From a virus (Duplodnaviria > Caudoviricetes), in IMG/VR virus record IMGVR_UViG_3300043429_001389, positions 1 through 30,796 of that record: 30,796 nucleotides of DNA; one strand, written 5' to 3'. This document shows positions 27,594 to 30,796 of the stretch, piece by piece. A program made the translations under genes and the position numbers. The number at the start of each line of letters is the position of its first letter. Within the stretch, counting starts at the first letter, position 1. The notes below the pieces were generated by a model. The model was given only the letters and a program-made list of their open reading frames with translations. It was not told the origin of the DNA and did no database searches.

Positions 27594-28406
27594 ATGCAAA
27601 CGCTCCCCACGTACTACCGTCCCGCTTCCCTTTTTTCGGTCGACACCAATCCGAAAACGCTAAAAGGTCAAAAATACGGGTTCAAAACGGCCGTGCTGTA
27701 TATGGCGCCGGCGGACCTTTCGGGCGTGAATCTATGCCCTATGGCATTCGTCGCAAAATGCGATGTCGCGTGCCTGAATACCGCAGGCAATCCCGCATAT
27801 GCGGAAACGAAGCGGCGCGGCCGACTGAACAAGGCACATTATTTCCTGTCGGACCGCGTCGGTTTCATGCGACAGGTAGCACGGGAAATCGCACGGACCG
27901 CGCGTAAGGTTTCCGCCGAGGGATTTAAACTCCTCGTCCGTTTGAACGGCACGACCGACATTCGCTGGGAATTGATTCCCGTTGACGTTGACGCGAAAAC
28001 CGCAAAGGCAATCGGCGTGCCGTCGGGAGTCTATCCGAGCATTTTCGCGGTTTTCCCGGACGTGCAATTTTACGATTACACTAAGATTCCGAATCGGCAC
28101 AGCCTGCCGACGAATTATGACCTTACGTTTTCCTATTCGGGCGTCGCGGCATTCGCGAAACATGTCGACCGCGCGCGGTCGGCCGGAATGCGGATTGCGG
28201 TAGTCTTCCGCAGCAAAAAAGACATTCCCGAGTCTTTTATCGGTATGGAATGTGTCGACGGGGACGATTCGGACATCCGACATCTTGACCCGCGCGGGGT
28301 CGTCGTCGCGCTGTATGCCAAAGGCAAAGCGAAAAACGATGCATCGGGTTTCGTCGTCGATTCCCCGAAGCGTACCGGCCGGATCATTCCGATTCTCGCA
28401 GCGTGA
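27594..28406 (+). CDS. GP88-like phage protein with Cys cluster (radical-SAM-like, 270 aa)
   Basis: NPKTLKG, LYMAPA..SG.NLCP, C-x7-C-x3-C-LNTAG, RLNGTTDI.WE, QFYDYTK, LTFSYSG and DGD.SD.R.LD motifs, recalled as typical of gene-product-88-like proteins. Confidence 0.65.
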   Translation: MQTLPTYYRPASLFSVDTNPKTLKGQKYGFKTAVLYMAPADLSGVNLCPMAFVAKCDVACLNTAGNPAYAETKRRGRLNKAHYFLSDRVGFMRQVAREIARTARKVSAEGFKLLVRLNGTTDIRWELIPVDVDAKTAKAIGVPSGVYPSIFAVFPDVQFYDYTKIPNRHSLPTNYDLTFSYSGVAAFAKHVDRARSAGMRIAVVFRSKKDIPESFIGMECVDGDDSDIRHLDPRGVVVALYAKGKAKNDASGFVVDSPKRTGRIIPILAA

Positions 28407-28648
28407 AAATGCAAACATATTCCGCCGATGTCTTGACGCGCGCCCGACTAGAATTGTCGGCGGGAGTGTGCGCAATCATGCGGGCCGATCGCGCTACGCT
28501 TTCCGCATATTTCGGCGATTACTCGGGCGATTACTCGGGCGAATCCTTGACCGGCAAAACCGACGAAGAAATCCGCGCGCTATGCTTGGATTTCGTGCGG
28601 GAAGAATGTTTCTCATTCGGTATCCACTGCGCGGATATCGGACTTTAA
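28403..28648 (+). CDS. Small acidic hypothetical protein (~80 aa)
   Basis: GTGA overlap with the upstream gene (alternative ATG 28409) and the same codon style as the island. Contains a 12-bp duplication (GDYS)x2. Confidence 0.6.
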   Translation: MKMQTYSADVLTRARLELSAGVCAIMRADRATLSAYFGDYSGDYSGESLTGKTDEEIRALCLDFVREECFSFGIHCADIGL

Positions 28649-28659
28649 TAGGTGAATCA

Positions 28660-29004
28660 ATGAAACCTTTCGCGACCCTCGCCGATGCGCCGAAAATCGC
28701 GCGTCAATTCGTGCTGAATCTGATCGACGATATCGGGGCCGGTAAAATCCCGTTGGTCGTCTATCGCAATAGCAAAGAATCGGACCCGAATGTTTGCCAT
28801 TCGCAGGATTTTTGCGACGCTAATATGACGATGGATTCGGCATTCTCTGACTGCGGATTTGCCTGCGGATCGGACGCATTCGACGGCACCAAAACCGACG
28901 AAGAAATCGAAGCAATTTACGATCGGATTTCCCCGGTATGGAATGCCGCATGGGCACTCGCCAAAGCGGCAGAATTCGACCATTCTCGAATCGACGACAA
29001 ATGA
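28660..29004 (+). CDS. Acidic hypothetical protein (114 aa) with CHSQDFCDANM motif
   Basis: ATG 28660 with AGGTGA SD. It is the C-terminal part of ORF 28252..29004. Confidence 0.7.
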   Translation: MKPFATLADAPKIARQFVLNLIDDIGAGKIPLVVYRNSKESDPNVCHSQDFCDANMTMDSAFSDCGFACGSDAFDGTKTDEEIEAIYDRISPVWNAAWALAKAAEFDHSRIDDK

Positions 29005-29186
29005 AAGACATTCGGGAAGCATCGGACGCGGAAATCCGCGCGGAAATCGCACGCTTTCAGAGTCAGCAAAAACGCTATCCCGCGACGAGTCCAATTCATG
29101 CGGAAATCGGCGCGCGACTATTGGCGCCGCTATTCGCTGAAATGGCGCGCCGAGCTAGCGCATCGGGTCCGACGACCCTGCGCTAG
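29001..29186 (+). CDS. Small helical hypothetical protein (61 aa)
   Basis: ATGA overlap with the upstream stop. Sequence begins MKDIREASDAEIRAEIARF. Confidence 0.6.
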   Translation: MKDIREASDAEIRAEIARFQSQQKRYPATSPIHAEIGARLLAPLFAEMARRASASGPTTLR

Positions 29187-29222
29187 GCTATGCGTTATTC
29201 CCTTCCGGATATAGCGGCAACG

Positions 29223-29415
29223 GGACCGCCTACGGGCCGCAGGATCGGCCGCTCGGGGCCGCTGCGCCGTCGCGCCGCTGTGCCGTCCGCCGGACCGCCT
29301 ACGGGCCGCGTGATCGGCCGCTCGGGGCCGCTGCGCCGTCGCGCCGCTGTGCCGTCCGCCGGACCGCCTACGGGCCGCGTGATCGGCCGCTCGGGGCCGC
29401 TGCGCCGTCGCGCCG
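29223..29415. repeat. 69-bp GC-rich tandem repeat, ~2.8 copies
   Basis: Units start at 29223, 29292 and 29361 (GGACCGCCTACGGGCCGC...GTGCCGTCCGCC) and are nearly identical. Confidence 0.95.
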
Positions 29416-29448
29416 ACGGGCCGGCGCCGGTCCCGCGCGCCCGTTTTT
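29416..29448 (+). terminator. Possible terminator of the plus-strand island
   Basis: ACGGGC...GCCCGT stem enclosing a GC-rich inner hairpin, followed by TTTT. Confidence 0.35.
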
Positions 29449-29709
29449 CCGCTCGCAGACGGGTCGCTCGAAAACTTTTTTGCCCCCGGCAATTCTGCCG
29501 GCCGAAGGCGCCTGCCAGCCTACCACCTGGCTACCACAGCACAGCTACACCTGTCGACCCCAGGGGTAGCACCCCCCGGCCGTTCGTTTTTTATTTCCAA
29601 CTGTGAAGTCGCATTGCATAGTTCGCGGCCGACTCCTGAGCCAGCGCGGGCACCGGGAGCTGCCGGGTGTCGACCACCGCCGACCTTCACCCTGGACCAA
29701 GAACCGACA

Positions 29710-30018
29710 ATGCAGGATTGCGGACGCCCCGACTCGTTTCCATCTCAATGTGAGGACGCTCTCACCAGCGTCACCCTATCCTTCGAAATCGCGGCGATGC
29801 TCCACATCTGCCGTTCGTCGCTCTCGCAGCTAGAGGCTCGGCTCGGTGTCGATCTCAACCGGCTACACACGCTGGTGGAGGACTGCGCTGCAACCTACTG
29901 CCTCGCAAACAGCGTCCCGCTCGAATCGTTGCATCTGTCCAGGGTCGCCATCGTCCACCAGGTCGACGCAATGATCCACGTCGATGAGCAGTGGAAAGAT
30001 TTGCCAAACCGACACTGA
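29710..30018 (+). CDS. Hypothetical protein (~102 aa)
   Basis: ATG 29710 within ORF 29614..30018. Plausible helical sequence, no recognisable family, weak SD. Confidence 0.4.
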   Translation: MQDCGRPDSFPSQCEDALTSVTLSFEIAAMLHICRSSLSQLEARLGVDLNRLHTLVEDCAATYCLANSVPLESLHLSRVAIVHQVDAMIHVDEQWKDLPNRH

Positions 30019-30244
30019 GATAAAGCACTGACGCATGTGAGCCGCACCGAATCGAATCAGAAATGAAAAGTTTGTGTCTTTACTTGTACAGTTCCCTTGA
30101 TTTGACTAGCCAATCGGAGTTAGTTGCGACGCATTGCCCCTACGCTCTAGGTTAGCATTTGCTTAACTTTTAAGCGCATGGTCGCATCGCGTAGTGCTTG
30201 ACAAACGCTCCGGGTTTCGTACAAACGCTGGTGATCAACATGCA

Positions 30245-30289
30245 TCGAAGCTGACCTCGAACCGCTGCCAGGTTCGAGGTCAACTCCGA
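30245..30289 (-). other. 19-bp stem-loop downstream of the activator gene
   Basis: 12-bp perfect stem (TGACCTCGAACC/GGTTCGAGGTCA) with a 7-nt loop, extended by 7 bp in which two positions pair only as G-U on the minus strand. Confidence 0.6.
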
Positions 30290-30334
30290 CCGCAGACTGT
30301 GCGCGCAGGCGCTACACAACGAATTCGACACCCG

Positions 30335-30390
30335 TTTTTGCAGGGCATTTTGCAGGGCATTTTTCCAGGCAATTTTTGCCCCTATTTTTG
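30335..30390. repeat. Phased T-tract repeats (TTTTGCAGGGCA x2 plus degenerate copies)
   Basis: T-tracts begin at ~30335, 30348, 30360, 30373 and 30385. Confidence 0.7.
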
Positions 30391-30397
30391 TCACGCG

Positions 30398-30796
30398 TTA
30401 TTCCTCGGTCTTCCGGCCCTTCGGGACCACCGGCTCTAGCAGACCGAGCGCCTCCAGTTCCCGCGCGACTTGCATGATGCGTCGATCCGACTGACGCAGG
30501 CTGCGGGAAATCTCGCGCACCTCGAATCCCTGCTGGAGCATCCGCATGATGAGCCGGTAGTTCGAGTCTCGCTCGTACGCTGCGAGGCGCGGCACGGCAA
30601 TCCGCTGACCGCCCCACTCTTTCGACAGCTTTTGTGCCAGCGACAAGCCGATGAGCTTGACGATCGTCTGATCCTCGTTCACCTCCAGTGGCACGTACAT
30701 ATTCACGGCGTCGCCGTACCAGGCCGCGAGCCGGACGGTGGCGCTGAACCCGATCACGGCCGACAGGTCGTCGAGCGTGTTTCCCTTCAGTTCCAT
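30398..30796 (-). CDS. Mor/C-family transcription activator (132 aa)
   Basis: L..VIG..A..RL...YG...YVP...LIG...A.KL..EWGGQRIAVP followed by a C-terminal HTH (GFEVREISRSLRQSDRRIMQV), as in Mu Mor/C-like activators. Confidence 0.75.
   Translation of the reverse strand: MELKGNTLDDLSAVIGFSATVRLAAWYGDAVNMYVPLEVNEDQTIVKLIGLSLAQKLSKEWGGQRIAVPRLAAYERDSNYRLIMRMLQQGFEVREISRSLRQSDRRIMQVARELEALGLLEPVVPKGRKTEE

Noticed and set aside
29190-29606. 138-aa ORF with 23-aa repeats
   Set aside because: It mostly translates the 69-bp GC-rich repeat and runs through a possible terminator. It is not called as a CDS, though not excluded.

Overview
The window is a contiguous piece of a GC-rich tailed phage or prophage (siphovirus-type, lambda-like head genes, probably infecting a beta/gamma-proteobacterium). 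No integrase or host genes are visible. From ~26.9 kb down to ~0.14 kb the minus strand carries a complete late region: small and large (GpA-type) terminase, gpW-like protein, lambda-type portal, an inserted block (964-aa beta-rich protein, 52-aa ORF, holin, SAR-type lysozyme), ClpP-type prohead protease, decoration protein, gpE-type major capsid, neck/tail-completion proteins, major tail protein, tape measure, tail-tip proteins and embedded Rz/Rz1 spanins. A Mor/C-family activator gene closes the window. I find four copies of a matching late-promoter signature: GAAATYYCGCCGC, 22-23 bp, then a -10 hexamer. The most unusual part is 27.09-29.56 kb, the likely packaging-end region. Three 29-bp hairpin repeats are separated by pure microsatellite spacers ((CAG)22(CAC)9... 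and (AGTCCCTCC)8). A cosN-like dyad follows. After it comes a ~2-kb plus-strand island (a GP88-like Cys-motif protein and three small acidic ORFs) that almost completely lacks the short words the arrays are made of, and it ends in a 69-bp tandem repeat. All family calls are from motif recognition and synteny, not database searches. All counts were done by eye.
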